A stretch of DNA of 64,000 bases from an uncultured delta proteobacterium. GTDB taxonomy: Bacteria > Desulfobacterota > WTBG01. Where the stretch lies: positions 32,001-96,000 of the forward strand of contig CAWCBP010000011.1 of NCBI GenBank assembly GCA_963793865.1, written 5' to 3'. The number at the start of each line of letters is the position of its first letter. The first letter of the stretch is position 1. The notes beneath the pieces are model-generated. The model searched no databases, had not been told where the DNA came from, and worked only from the letters and a program-made list of their open reading frames with translations. Shown here in pieces: positions 42,374 to 53,316 of this stretch. The position numbers were made by a program, and so were the translations under genes.

Positions 42374-43148
42374 TTAAAACAACAGTGCGGTGATGATGTA
42401 GTTGGAGATGAGGATGAGCAGGCAGGAAAGAACAACGGCCTTGGTGGTGGCCCGGCCGACCCCTTCAGCGCCGCCCTGGGTATAAAACCCCTGGTAGCAG
42501 CTTACCACGGCAATGATCACGCCGAACACGCATGCCTTTAGCAACCCGCTGTAGATGTCGTTTAATTCCAGGAAATTCCAGGTCCGCTCCATGTAGATGT
42601 ATGGGTTGCTCTTGAGCATGTTGACGCTGACGATGTATCCCCCCGCGATGCCGATGATGTCGGCGAAGATCACCAGAACGGGCATCATGATGAGGGCTGC
42701 CAGCAATCGGGGCACGACGAGATATTGAATGGGATTGACCGCCAGGGTATAGAGGGCGTCAATCTGCTCGGTGACCCGCATGGTGCCCAGCTCGGCGGCC
42801 ATGGAGGAGCCCACCCGCCCCGAAACCATCAGTCCGGTTAAAACCGGACCAAGCTCCCGGGTCATGGAGAGGGCGACCACCGTCCCTACGAAGGCCTCGG
42901 CATTAAAGCGCTTGAAGCCGATGTAGCTCTGCAGGGCCAGGACCGCGCCGGTGAAGATGCCGGTGATGAGCACCACCGGCACTGACTTGATCCCCACCTC
43001 TTCCATCTGCCGGAACACATTTTTCGCGTTAAAAGGGCGCTGAAATACGAGGGTAACGGCCTTCCAGAGAAGCAGCGCCATTCTGCCCGATTCATCCATG
43101 CATTGAATACTGTATGATCCGATCAGGCTGGAGAAATTTTCTGATCAT
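42374..43148 (-). CDS. mlaE: MlaE permease (apparent frameshift near 43128)
   Basis: RELGPVLTGL..SGRVGS..AELGTMRVTEQIDAL, GAEGVGRATT. Confidence 0.93.
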
Positions 43149-43155
43149 GGCAACT

Positions 43156-44304
43156 TTAGACGGGTTTGCCTTTTTTATAGTAGACGCGCGGTACCCTGGC
43201 GCTTACGGCGCAGAGCACCTCGTAGGGAATGGTGTGTGTCTTATCGGCTATGTCCTGCGCGGTGATTGTCTGATTGTCCTGCGATCCCAGGAGCACCACT
43301 TCATCGTGGAGTGAGATTCCCGGTATACCGGTTACGTCAACCATGGTCATATCCATGCAGACCACCCCCACCACCGGCGCCCGCTTCCCCCGAACCAGAA
43401 CTTCGCCGCAGTTGGAAAGGGTGCGACTGTATCCGTCGGCGTAGCCGATGGGCAGTGCGGCAATAAGGCTTTCTCGATCACAGGTAAACGTCCGCCCGTA
43501 GCTGATGGTGGTTCCTTTGGGGACTTCTTTAAGGGAAACAATCCTGGTGGTGAGGCTCATCACCGGTGAGAGATCAAGAACCTGCTTCATTCCTTTGGCA
43601 GGGTGAATCCCGTACAGCATAATCCCCGGGCGGACCAGGTTGCAGGAATGGGGCAAACTGGTTATGATGGCGGCGCTGTTGGCCAGATGGGTGTATGGCG
43701 GATGAATCCCCAGGCGGGCAAGCTCGTCGATGGTCTGCTGAAAGAGAGCTATCTGGCGCCGGGTGAATTCATTCCCCGCTTCACTGTCACCGTTGGTGTC
43801 GGCCAGATGCGTGAGGATGCCATGGATTTCCAGCCCCTTCAGCTTCAAAAGCTGCTCAAAGAAGGGCTTGACCTGCGAAGGCATTATCCCGAGCCTGCCC
43901 ATGCCGGTGTCGATCTTGATGTGGACCTTTATGTTCCGGCCGCCCGCACCGGCGCTTTTTGAGAGTGCCAGCGCCGATTCCAGGTTATACACCACGGGAA
44001 TTAAATCATGTTCCTGAACGCAGGGACCCTGCCCCTCGAAGGCGCCGCCCAGAACGATGATGGGGGTGCTGACGGAGGCCCGCCGCAGCTCTATTCCTTC
44101 CTCGCAGGTGGCCACGCCGAAAAAATCAACTCCCAAAGACTCCAGTGTCCGGGCGACCCGCACGGCGCCGTGTCCATAGGCATCCGCCTTCACCACGGCG
44201 AGGATGCTCCGTGATTCTCCTGCGGATTTTTTTATCCGGGCAAGGTTGCTCTCGAGGGCATCAAGATTAATTTCGGCTTGGGTGGGTCTTCCGGTTCCGG
44301 CCAT
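43156..44304 (-). CDS. alr: Alanine racemase
   Basis: AVVKADAYGHG, KIDTGMGRLG, GYADG, CMD, TIPYE. Confidence 0.97.
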   Translation of the reverse strand: MAGTGRPTQAEINLDALESNLARIKKSAGESRSILAVVKADAYGHGAVRVARTLESLGVDFFGVATCEEGIELRRASVSTPIIVLGGAFEGQGPCVQEHDLIPVVYNLESALALSKSAGAGGRNIKVHIKIDTGMGRLGIMPSQVKPFFEQLLKLKGLEIHGILTHLADTNGDSEAGNEFTRRQIALFQQTIDELARLGIHPPYTHLANSAAIITSLPHSCNLVRPGIMLYGIHPAKGMKQVLDLSPVMSLTTRIVSLKEVPKGTTISYGRTFTCDRESLIAALPIGYADGYSRTLSNCGEVLVRGKRAPVVGVVCMDMTMVDVTGIPGISLHDEVVLLGSQDNQTITAQDIADKTHTIPYEVLCAVSARVPRVYYKKGKPV

Positions 44305-44319
44305 GGCGCACTATCCTGG

Positions 44320-44408
44320 CAGGTTGTTGAAAAAGTAGTTTTTCAAGGCTGTTCAAAAGCCCCTTCCCCTTTGAGCCTCAAATCAGATGGGTGTTTTTCA
44401 ACCGCCTG
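44320..44408. mobile_element. Short non-autonomous element with CAGG(C/T)TGTTGAAAAA-type inverted ends
   Basis: caggttgttgaaaaa ... tttttcaaccgcctg; related to 56084-56210. Confidence 0.5.
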
Positions 44409-46024
44409 TTAGGGAAGAATGATGCGGCCTGATTCGCTTCTTTTTTCCTTCTGCGATTGCTCTTTCAAGAAGGAGAAGTTTTTTGTCACCGTTTGCAGCG
44501 CGAAGGGGTGCTTTTCAGAAGGAACTCCGTCCGGTGAAAATGCGAGCGCTGCCGCAAAGGCAACCTTTGCATCCTCTTTTTGACCTGATTCCCAGAAGAT
44601 GAAGGCGATCTCTTCCAGGCGTCTTTGGAAGAGCAGGCGGTTTCCCTCATCGAAAAACTGCCGGGCGGTCTTCTGCACGATTTCATTCATGCGCTCTTTT
44701 TTCTGCGGCTCTGCGAGCACCAGCAGGCTGTTTTCCACCTCATAGACCTCTTTGTAGCAATCAACCAGCAGCTTCCATTCCAGAAGCCAGAAGGCAGCCT
44801 CGTATTTTTCAATGAGTGAAGGGGACTGGTTGAGCAGGAATTCCTGGGAGCGTATTTCATCCGCCGGCAGCAGTGTGTAAATCGCGGCGCGCTCCAATTC
44901 CCGCTCCGGCCGGCCGAACATTTTCTTCCAGAGAAAAAAGCTCTCCGGAATCCTGGTGCCCGAGGTGTGATTTTTCCGGGAGGACTCCTTGATGAGAAAG
45001 TGACAGTAGTCAAGATCGATTTCAACCATGGAGATCTGCTTGTTCGCTTTAACCTTGTTCAGGTAGGCGTTAAAATCTTTGTGTGCGGCGGTTGACGCGA
45101 TCAGGTCATTAATGCCCTTCTGATCATTGATCAGGAATTGCAGGATGAGCAGCTCCTGCTCGGTTTTCGGCTTGACCGCAACGATCAGCCGCTCTCCCAG
45201 CGGGTCTATGGTGGTGGCGTATGCGCTGGGGGAGGGGAGGGGTATCCGCTTTTCTGCGGCTGGGACGGCGCCGCAGGTTCATGCAGTTCAACCTCAATGC
45301 CCTTGTTTTTAAGGCGATAGAGGGTTTTTTTTATGCTCTTGGACAGCTCCTTGTCCTTGATTTCCTTGAGCAGGCACTGCAGCAACTGCACCTCGGTTTT
45401 CCCGGCCCGGGCGCTCAAGTAATCGATGATCCTGGGCGCGATGGCGCTTTTCTCCTGAAGCAAGCGCGCCAGCAGGGGAAGGCTTCTCTCTTTCTTGTAA
45501 TGTACCAGCTCCATGATAATGCCCATCTGGAAGGCGGGCTTGAGCGCTGAAAAAGCCGCGATCAGTTTTGCGCCCTCCTGCGTCTGCAGGGCCTTACCAT
45601 CTTCCAGCAACTTCGAGAGCTGGTTGGCCATCTCCTCTGCCTCGTTGGCGATTTGGAGGAGGTTGCTGTCGATGATGGTGTCTGATCGGATCAGGTAGTG
45701 AAGCATATCCACCAGTATCTGGGGGGCAAAGCTCTCCTTCTGCACCACGCTGTTTAAGCTTTCACTCAAGCTGAACTTCTTGAGGTGGGGAAAGAGGTGG
45801 TTGATCATAAAAGCCTGCTCGGCGATGGTGCTTTTGCCGAATCGCCTGGAAACAATTGTAGCGTAGTCAATGGCAGAATGCTCCAATTCTCTTATCTTGC
45901 TGAAAAGGAGGGTAGTGTCGGGAACGGTTGCACACCCGGAAAGAATTTCATCTACTATCTTCGCAATGCCGGCCTTCTCATCAGCCGCCGGCTTGGCGGT
46001 TTTCTTTGGTTCCTTGTTCTTCAT
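44409..46024 (-). CDS. Hypothetical helical protein (~538 aa), apparent frameshift near 45255
   Basis: ORF 45206-46024 (K.IKKTLYRLK..G) continues into SAYATTIDPLGER.. and ORF 44409-45029 in a second frame. Confidence 0.7.
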
Positions 46025-46247
46025 GAATGATTATCCTCAAGGGCTATGCCGCGGATTAGAGTTTTAGCAGTGCAAAAGGTAAAAATTTGGCCTGCAATCA
46101 AGGCAGACCAATAGAGCGATATTTCATACATCTATTTTTTTTAATTGTAAACAAGTTATTTTAGTACTATAAAATAAGAGCCGTACATATTTGAATTTTA
46201 CACGGTACCATGAATAAATGCGAAGCACGAAAGGAGACACACTCTTG

Positions 46248-47651
46248 ATGGTCAGGACACGATTTGCCCCGAGCCCGACGGGTCATCTGCATGTTGGGAG
46301 CGCGCGGACGGCGCTCTTCAACTGGCTTTTTGCCAGGCATCATGGCGGGGTATTCATTCTGCGCATAGAAGATACTGATGTCGCCCGATCCACCGAAGAA
46401 TCAACCCAGGCCATCCTTGAAAGCATGAAATGGCTGGGACTGGACTGGGATGAAGGTCCGTATTTCCAAAGCCAACGAACGGCAATTTACCGTGAGCATG
46501 TTGACCTGCTGTTGAGCCAGGGAAAGGCGTACCGCTGCTATTGTGATCCCGATCAGCTTGAGGAGAAGAGAAAAGAGGCCCTCGCCCGCGGCGATAAGCC
46601 CAAATACCCGGGGACCTGCCGGGAGTTAAAAGAGGTATATTCCGACCGGCCGTTTGCCATCAGGTTCAAGGCGCCGCAAGCAGGACAGACTGAAGTGCAT
46701 GACCTGATAAAGGGCAGGGTCGTCTTTGACAATGCCGAGCTTGACGACCTGGTCATCTGCCGCCGGGACGGTACTCCCACCTATAATTTCGTGGTGGTGG
46801 TTGATGACGTGACCATGAAGATCACCCATATCATCAGGGGCGATGACCATTTGAACAATACACCCCGGCAGATTCTCCTCTACCAGGCTTTTAACTATCC
46901 GCTGCCGTCATTTGCCCACATGTCGCTTACGCTGGGAACGGACAGGGCGCGACTGAGCAAGCGGCACGGCGCCACATCGGTTGTGGCCTACCGGGACATG
47001 GGCTATCTCCCCCAGGCGCTCAACAATTTCATTGTGAGGCTGGGATGGTCGTGCGGGGACCAGGAGATCTTCAGCACCGAAGAGCTGATCCAGAAGTTCA
47101 GCCTGGAGCATGTGGGAAAGTCAGCTGGGATTTTCAACGCCGATAAGCTCAACTGGCTTAACGCGCACTACATAAAACAGGAAACAGATGAGAATCTCGC
47201 GCGGCTGGTTGTCCCGTTTCTCCAAAAGAAGGGCTATACACTGGACGGGTCAATTGACCTGGTGAAGGTGGTCCGGGGCTTTAAGGAGCGATCCAAAACA
47301 CTTGAGGAGATGGCCGAAAAGGCGGCCTTCTATTTCAGGGATACCCTGGAGTATGATCCTGACGCGGCAGCGAAGTTCTTAACGCCCCAGATGGTGGATG
47401 TATTTGCCGGGATGATAGGCTATGTTGAGAGCACCGGGGCTACTGATGAGAAGGAGCTTGAAGCAGTGTTCAAGAGGATGCAGGAGGAGCGCGGACTCTC
47501 GCTCAAGCAGCTCGCCCAGGGTCACCGCGTCGCCCTGACCGGGGGAACGGCAAGCCCGGGGATTTATGAGGTAATGGCCGCACTTGGCAAGGAGAAGGTG
47601 ACCAGGCGGCTGCGCGACGCCATGGCGTTTATAAAAAGCTCCGGAACATGA
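46248..47651 (+). CDS. gltX: Glutamate--tRNA ligase
   Basis: [40 protein letters not shown]. Confidence 0.98.
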   Translation: MVRTRFAPSPTGHLHVGSARTALFNWLFARHHGGVFILRIEDTDVARSTEESTQAILESMKWLGLDWDEGPYFQSQRTAIYREHVDLLLSQGKAYRCYCDPDQLEEKRKEALARGDKPKYPGTCRELKEVYSDRPFAIRFKAPQAGQTEVHDLIKGRVVFDNAELDDLVICRRDGTPTYNFVVVVDDVTMKITHIIRGDDHLNNTPRQILLYQAFNYPLPSFAHMSLTLGTDRARLSKRHGATSVVAYRDMGYLPQALNNFIVRLGWSCGDQEIFSTEELIQKFSLEHVGKSAGIFNADKLNWLNAHYIKQETDENLARLVVPFLQKKGYTLDGSIDLVKVVRGFKERSKTLEEMAEKAAFYFRDTLEYDPDAAAKFLTPQMVDVFAGMIGYVESTGATDEKELEAVFKRMQEERGLSLKQLAQGHRVALTGGTASPGIYEVMAALGKEKVTRRLRDAMAFIKSSGT

Positions 47652-47732
47652 GTGATGAAGTAGTAGGATTGATAATTGTGTGTGAGAAATTACATTTGGC
47701 AACAATGGCTCAACGAAGAATTGTACGAAACC

Positions 47733-47948
47733 ATGAATAGTAAAAGCCGCCCGAATCATAAGCTATATATTCAAGTGCTCCGCAACATGTCACCGGAAAA
47801 AAGGCTGCTTAAGGCATTCGAATTGTCTGAATTTGCCAGGCAACTTTTCATTCATGGATTACGCAAGAGATTTCCGCACCTTGAAGAAAGTGAATTCAAA
47901 AAGCTCCTTTTAAAGCGACTGGATAAATGTCACAACAGGACTTATTAA
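47733..47948 (+). CDS. Small helical protein, putative partner/antitoxin of the downstream nucleotidyltransferase
   Basis: LRNMSPEKRL..AFELS...GLRKRFP pattern; overlaps next gene. Confidence 0.6.
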   Translation: MNSKSRPNHKLYIQVLRNMSPEKRLLKAFELSEFARQLFIHGLRKRFPHLEESEFKKLLLKRLDKCHNRTY

Positions 47949-48493
47949 AAAAGGTTACACGGGTTCTTGATCAAACCGGGATTCCATACATGATCACCGG
48001 CTCGGTTGTATCAAGCTTACAGGGTGAACCACGATCTACCCATGATATAGATATGGTCATTGCGATTCAGAAATCAGCTGCAGAAATATTGGCCAAGGCT
48101 TTCCCACCGCCCGACTTTTATTTGGACGAAAGCAGCATTCTTGATGCGATTATCAGACAGGGCATGTTTAATCTGCTTGAAGTAACAACCGGGGATAAAG
48201 TGGATTTTTGGATATTAACCGATACCCCTTTTGACCAATCACGTTTTTCGCGAAAAGTAAATGAAGAATGTATGGGCGTGCAATTACAGATTTCCAGTCC
48301 GGAGGATACAATTCTGGCTAAATTGAGATGGGCAAAACTTTCGGGGGGCAGTGAAAAACAATTTATTGATGCGCTGCGAGTCTATGAAGTACAGCATGAG
48401 AAATTAGACATGCATTACATAGAACGGTGGGCAAAGGATTTAGACATTGAATCATTGTGGAAAAGGTTGCGAGAGGAAGCAGAAGCAACATAG
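47927..48493 (+). CDS. Pol-beta superfamily nucleotidyltransferase-like protein
   Basis: YMITGS...GEPRSTHDID, KVDF, SPEDTILAKL, SEKQ..D. Confidence 0.8.
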   Translation: MSQQDLLKKVTRVLDQTGIPYMITGSVVSSLQGEPRSTHDIDMVIAIQKSAAEILAKAFPPPDFYLDESSILDAIIRQGMFNLLEVTTGDKVDFWILTDTPFDQSRFSRKVNEECMGVQLQISSPEDTILAKLRWAKLSGGSEKQFIDALRVYEVQHEKLDMHYIERWAKDLDIESLWKRLREEAEAT

Positions 48494-48502
48494 ATTGGTA
48501 TC

Positions 48503-48904
48503 TTATTTTTTGCGGGGGCAGGCTGCCAGCGCGGCCACGAACAGCAGCCATGAGAGGCCCTCGTCCCGCAGTTCTCTCATCTGCATGGGTGAAGTGCCGT
48601 CCACCGCGATGCCGAAGAGACGCACGGCAACAACGCAGGCGTTGAGGACCACCAGCACCCACAGGCAATTGACCAGGCGTCCCGGCCTGATAAGCCCGTA
48701 GCCGGCGTACAAAGCCAATCCCAGGAACAGGGCGCCGGGACCCGCGCGCAGGAAATTGATGGATTCCGGAGACCCGGTGGCGCTGATGCCGAAGCCGGCA
48801 ATGTGCTTCAGCGGTTCGAGGATGTAAAGATAAGCCAAAAAGATAAAAATCAGCAGCGCGTAAGCAGTGACAATCCGCGCGAACCAGAGTCTGGCAGTTT
48901 ACAT
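48503..48904 (-). CDS. Four-TM membrane protein (DUF4345-like); TAA at codon 2 of the apparent start
   Basis: GAGGGGG RBS then ATG TAA ACT GCC..; hydrophobic frame ARIVTAYALLIFIFLAY..RLFGIAVDG. Confidence 0.6.
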
Positions 48905-48940
48905 GTGTCCCCCCTCAACACGACAACACAGTCGTATTTC

Positions 48941-48968
48941 GTAGGGGCGACCGGCCGGTCGCCCCTAC
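48941..48968. repeat. GTAG-type REP identical to 24156-24183
   Basis: Perfect 28-bp palindrome. Confidence 0.85.
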
Positions 48969-49001
48969 AAGTATATAAAGGCAGCGATCACAATATTTCT
49001 T

Positions 49002-49499
49002 TCAATCCTTCCAGTCGCGGATGCGGAACTGGCACTCTTTGCCGCCTTTTCCCATCATGGAGATGATTTCCCACCGGCCCCGCTTGTCACGGAGCGCCAC
49101 TTCAACATCATACCCGCAGATAAAATCACAGGGGCTTTCGGATGTGCCCATCTTTCTGGCCATATCAAGAAACGGGCACTTGGTGAGATGTTCATAATAC
49201 ACGTCTTCACCATTCTCGATTTCATGATCAAAGGTGAGTTCAAAGCCCAGCACCGGAAAGCTGATCATTTCCCGTTTCATAAGCTCGAGGATGGACAGTT
49301 TCCCGCCGGGGAAATTCTTTCTGATCCGTTTCATCCCCTCATCATATAATTTTTTAAAGACCTCCGTTCCCTCCTTTTCTCCCAGGACTTTTTTCAGGTC
49401 CAGATAGAGGTTGATTCTGTCGCTGGTGACGGCTTCGCGCACTCTCTGAAGCTGTTGTTCGGTGGACAAGGGTTTTGCGTCGGTGGTGATTTTCGGCAT
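49002..49499 (-). CDS. ATC-hydrolase-like / V4R-like Cys-containing protein
   Basis: TKCPF, PCDFICGYD, GGKECQFR motifs; GGAGG RBS. Confidence 0.65.
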   Translation of the reverse strand: MPKITTDAKPLSTEQQLQRVREAVTSDRINLYLDLKKVLGEKEGTEVFKKLYDEGMKRIRKNFPGGKLSILELMKREMISFPVLGFELTFDHEIENGEDVYYEHLTKCPFLDMARKMGTSESPCDFICGYDVEVALRDKRGRWEIISMMGKGGKECQFRIRDWKD

Positions 49500-49600
49500 A
49501 CATCCTCCCATGATGGCGTAGCTCAGACGGTTTCTGAACTACCTGGTTTTAAGTATTCCCTCAGCCGGAGGGATTGATCTCATGTCCCGCATGTGCGCGG

Positions 49601-50164
49601 TCATTTGTGAAACGCCTTTAACCCGGTAATGGAAATAAGGTCCCGGTAGTTTTTTCTGAACCTGCTCCACATCCGGCGCATATCCCGGTACCGCTGCAGC
49701 CAGTCCAGGATAAGCAAATCGAGGGCTGCGGCCTCCGACCAGTTGACGTCCTTCCTGTAGCCCAGGACCATGGAAACCCCGGTCGCCTCCATAAAACGGG
49801 TCATGCGTGCGGCTTCCATGTCTATGGTTTCGCAGCTCCCGAAGTGCACTACCCAGTTCGGAAAGCCCTGGCCCATGTATGACGCCAGGCTTTCAATCTT
49901 TATGCGCGCTTCGTCCAAAACAATCTGGCCCGGGTGTCCGTGGAAGGAAAGGTATAAAATTCCGTACCCGGGTTTTTTCTTCAGCTTGTTGAGATTGTGC
50001 TTCAGCTCCGCCCTGGTATCGCAGGTCAGGTAGATGAACTTAAGGTCGTGCAGGCGCGAAACCAGCTGAAGTATGGGAAGCACGCTGAGGTGGGTTTCCA
50101 TGGTGGGATCCCAGAGGGACTCAATGCAGGCAATTTTCTTGGTGTAGCTCTTGACCCTGGCCAT
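49601..50164 (-). CDS. DUF6642-like protein with caspase/CHAT-like HG and SC motifs
   Basis: CIESLW, ILYLSFHG, VHFGSCET, GYRKDVNW. Confidence 0.7.
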   Translation of the reverse strand: MARVKSYTKKIACIESLWDPTMETHLSVLPILQLVSRLHDLKFIYLTCDTRAELKHNLNKLKKKPGYGILYLSFHGHPGQIVLDEARIKIESLASYMGQGFPNWVVHFGSCETIDMEAARMTRFMEATGVSMVLGYRKDVNWSEAAALDLLILDWLQRYRDMRRMWSRFRKNYRDLISITGLKAFHK

Positions 50165-50192
50165 ACTGATTTCTTTCCGACAGAAACGGCTG

Positions 50193-50735
50193 CTAACCCT
50201 TCGGTTTAAAAACCGCCCTGAACTTTTCCAGCTTGGGGTGGATGACCGCGGCGCTATACGGTGTTCCGGAATTAAGCCGGTAGTAGTTTTGATGATAGCC
50301 CTCGGCCGGGAAAAAGTTTGTAGAGGGGCTGATTTCGGTTACGACAGGATTAGGCCACCTGCCCGAGGCGTCAAGCTCACGTTTGCTCTTTTCCGCCGCC
50401 TCACGCTGCTGTTCATCGTGGTAGAAAATGACCGAACGGTATTGCGTGCCCACGTCCGCGCCCTGACGGTTGAGGGTGGTGGGATCATGCGCCTGAAAGA
50501 AAACCGTGAGCAGTTCCGGGTAGGTAATAATGGCGGGGTCAAAGGTGATCCGGCAGACTTCCGCGTGGCCGGTGGTTCCGGTGCACACCTCTTCGTAGGT
50601 GGGGTTATCCACCGTTCCTCCGGCATAACCTGAAAGGACTGATTTCACACCGTCAAGTAGCTGGAAAATGGCCTCAACGCACCAGAAACATCCGGCGCCG
50701 AAGGTGGCCAGTTCAAGCCGATCAGGCTGGTTCAT
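50193..50735 (-). CDS. msrA: Peptide methionine sulfoxide reductase A
   Basis: GCFWC, GHAE, RQGADVGTQYRS, AEGYHQNY. Confidence 0.97.
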   Translation of the reverse strand: MNQPDRLELATFGAGCFWCVEAIFQLLDGVKSVLSGYAGGTVDNPTYEEVCTGTTGHAEVCRITFDPAIITYPELLTVFFQAHDPTTLNRQGADVGTQYRSVIFYHDEQQREAAEKSKRELDASGRWPNPVVTEISPSTNFFPAEGYHQNYYRLNSGTPYSAAVIHPKLEKFRAVFKPKG

Positions 50736-50795
50736 AGGGTTTCCTTTTGAAGGCGCACGAGCGATATATAGTCAGCCAAACATGTTTTTAAGTTT

Positions 50796-50849
50796 CGGTA
50801 GGAGCGCCTTCAGGCGCGATAAATTCGCGGCTAAAAGCCGCTCCTACCG
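50796..50849. repeat. Inverted GTAG-REP doublet
   Basis: cggtaggagcgccttcaggcgcga..tcgcggctaaaagccgctcctaccg. Confidence 0.8.
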
Positions 50850-50958
50850 GTCATATATTTCTGAGAGATTCACCGGACCAAGGCTGGTACATTCTTAGAT
50901 TTAACACCGAATCTATTATAATGTTTCAGAGGGAAAGTCAAACTAATAGGGCAGGATG

Positions 50959-51751
50959 TTACAGTGACAGGGAGATCGGCTTGACCTGCCCTTCGCAGCA
51001 GCGGTTGAGCAGTTCGCGGGTGTAAAGAATATCGTGCATGTTTTTAAGTTCTATGACCCACCAGGTACAGGAAGGCGTTTTTGCAAGCAATTCGACACGG
51101 GTGCGTATGGCCTCGAAGCTTGCCGGAGCCACGTGGCCTTCGCCCAGGGTTTCCGTATGATATATGTGGGCGTTTAAAATTCTGGACTCGGTTAGGAAGG
51201 AGATAGCGCTCAAAGACGCGCCCCTCAACATCACGGGAAGCGCACGCATGAGCGTGCCCTATATCAAGCGTCACACCCGCCCCGCTTTGCTGCACCAGCT
51301 CATGGAACAGCTCCGGCAGACTCGTCCACTGCGAAGCGAGATTTTCAAGCGAGACAATGACCCCCAGGTCTGCGCCCCGCCGTACCAGGGTGGTAAGATT
51401 TTGCACCGCCTGTTTAAAATCAAGCTCTTCCTGTGAAACCCTGCCGAAGCCGGTATGCACGGTCATGTGTTTTCTTCCAGCCAGCGCTATCCGCTCCATT
51501 GTTTCGGTAAGCACCGCCAGGGATGAGGCTGCGCGCCCTGCATCTGCGTAACCGATGTCCACACCCCGGAAGGGACAGTGAAAACGTACCTCGAGGGGTT
51601 GCAAACATGCCATGCGCGAGAGGAAGTCCCCCTTCGACTGCTGCTGATCAATTGTCCAGTCGATCCCTTCGAAGCCCTGCGACAGAGCGAAATCCAGCAG
51701 CCTTCGGGCGTCCTGATCAAAAATATTGATGATGGCTATGCGCGGGTTCAT
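50959..51751 (-). CDS. Sugar-phosphate isomerase/epimerase-type TIM barrel (AP endonuclease 2 fold), apparent frameshift near 51188
   Basis: FHCPF, TVHTG, SLENL, TLDIGHA; then NAHIYHTE..GH, WWVIEL in the second frame. Confidence 0.75.
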
Positions 51752-52003
51752 GAACTATATACTAGCGCATTACCATACCTGATGGCAAATAAGTAAATTC
51801 AATGAAGGTTGTGCGTGCTATAGAAGAAGCTAATACCCCGGTCCATCTTTTGCAATGATGCGCCGCGCAATAAACACCGCCGGAGCGAGAAAAGCCTTTT
51901 CAGGGGTGGGAACTTAAGGTATGATTTGACGTCCGAGCAGTCTATGACAATACTGCAGACGGTTTTCTCTACTGTATGGTGCCGATACTTGATCCAGCAG
52001 CTT

Positions 52004-53313
52004 ATGCGATGTATTCTTCTTGTTCTTGACGGTCTTGGCGATAAGGGTCATGCCTGCTTCGGCGGGAAGACGCCTCTCCAGGCAGCCGCCACGCCCAATC
52101 TTGACCGGCTGGCTTCCCTGGGGATGAACGGCCTTTATCACAGCTACCTGCAGGGGACAGCCATGCCCAGCGAGATTGCCCATTTTCTCATGTTCGGCTA
52201 CGGGCTGGATGAATTTCCCGGCAGGGGCCTGCTTGAGGCGTTGGGGGAGGGGATTCGCATCCGAGATGATGAGGTGTATGTGCTGGCCAGGATATGTTCG
52301 GTCAAGCGCAAACAGGAGCTGCTGATCCTTCACAATGAAAGCCCTGCCCTTGACGGTAAAACCTGCCGGACGCTGCAGAAAGAGATCAAGGACTATCAGC
52401 ATGGTTCGGTGGCCATAGAGTTTATTTCTACCAGGGGCGTCCTGGGCATACTCAGGTTAAGCGGGGACGTATCGGTACATATAACCGATTCCAACCCCAT
52501 GTCTGAAGGGCGCCCCCTGATGGAGGTGCTGCCCGTAAGCGGATGCGAAGACCGGGACAACGCGTATGCCACCGCAGGAGCCTTGAATGAGTATCTGAGA
52601 TGGTGCTACCGCACTCTCTCCAAACATCCCCTGAACAGGGAGATGGCCCGGAAGGGGCTGCTGCCGGGAAACGCGGTGGCAACGCAAAGGCCGGGGATGA
52701 AACGAAACCTTCCTTCCATGAATGAAAAGTGGGGCCTTCGCTGTCTGTCCATATCATCAGGTCCCGTTTACCATGGGCTGTGCTCCCTGCTGGGGATGGA
52801 AAATCACCGGGTGGCGGAGAAAGCGGACCCTGAAAAAGACCTGCGCCACCGGCTGAAGCTGGCCAGGGAGGCCACTGACTTTGATTTTGTTCACGTCCAC
52901 ACCAAGGCACCTGATGAGGCCTCCCACACCAAAGATCCGGAGCATAAGAAGGCGGTAATCGAAGCGCTTGACAGGGCGCTCGACTACGCCCTGGATGAAA
53001 TTGCAAGCTGACGAAGACCTGCTCCTGGTTATTACCGTCAGATCACTCGACTGCCAGCACCGGCGCCATGATTCATTCCGGTGAAACCGTTCCTCTCACC
53101 ATCCTGGGGAGGTACGCGCGGAGGGATGCAGTCAGCGCGTTTAACGAAGTCAGCTGCGCCGGCGGCTGCCTCGGGCCGGTGAGGGGAAAGGAACTCATGT
53201 ATCTCATCCTCAATTTTCTGGACAGGGGGAAACTCTGGGGAACCATGGATTCGCCTGTAAACCAGCCTTTCTTCCCGGGTAGGTATAAGCCCTTGCGCAT
53301 TAACCAAGGATAA
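52004..53313 (+). CDS. ApgM-like cofactor-independent phosphoglycerate mutase family protein, apparent frameshifts near 53008 and 53037
   Basis: LVLDGLGD, TPLQAAATPNLD, PSEIAH, PGRG, HTKAPDEASH, SDHST, HSGETVP. Confidence 0.82.
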
Positions 53314-53316
53314 AGT

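Noticed and set aside
48899..48904. ATG-TAA start-stop minigene as a regulatory element
   Set aside because: Frame continues as a normal membrane protein; given the error load, a base error is more parsimonious
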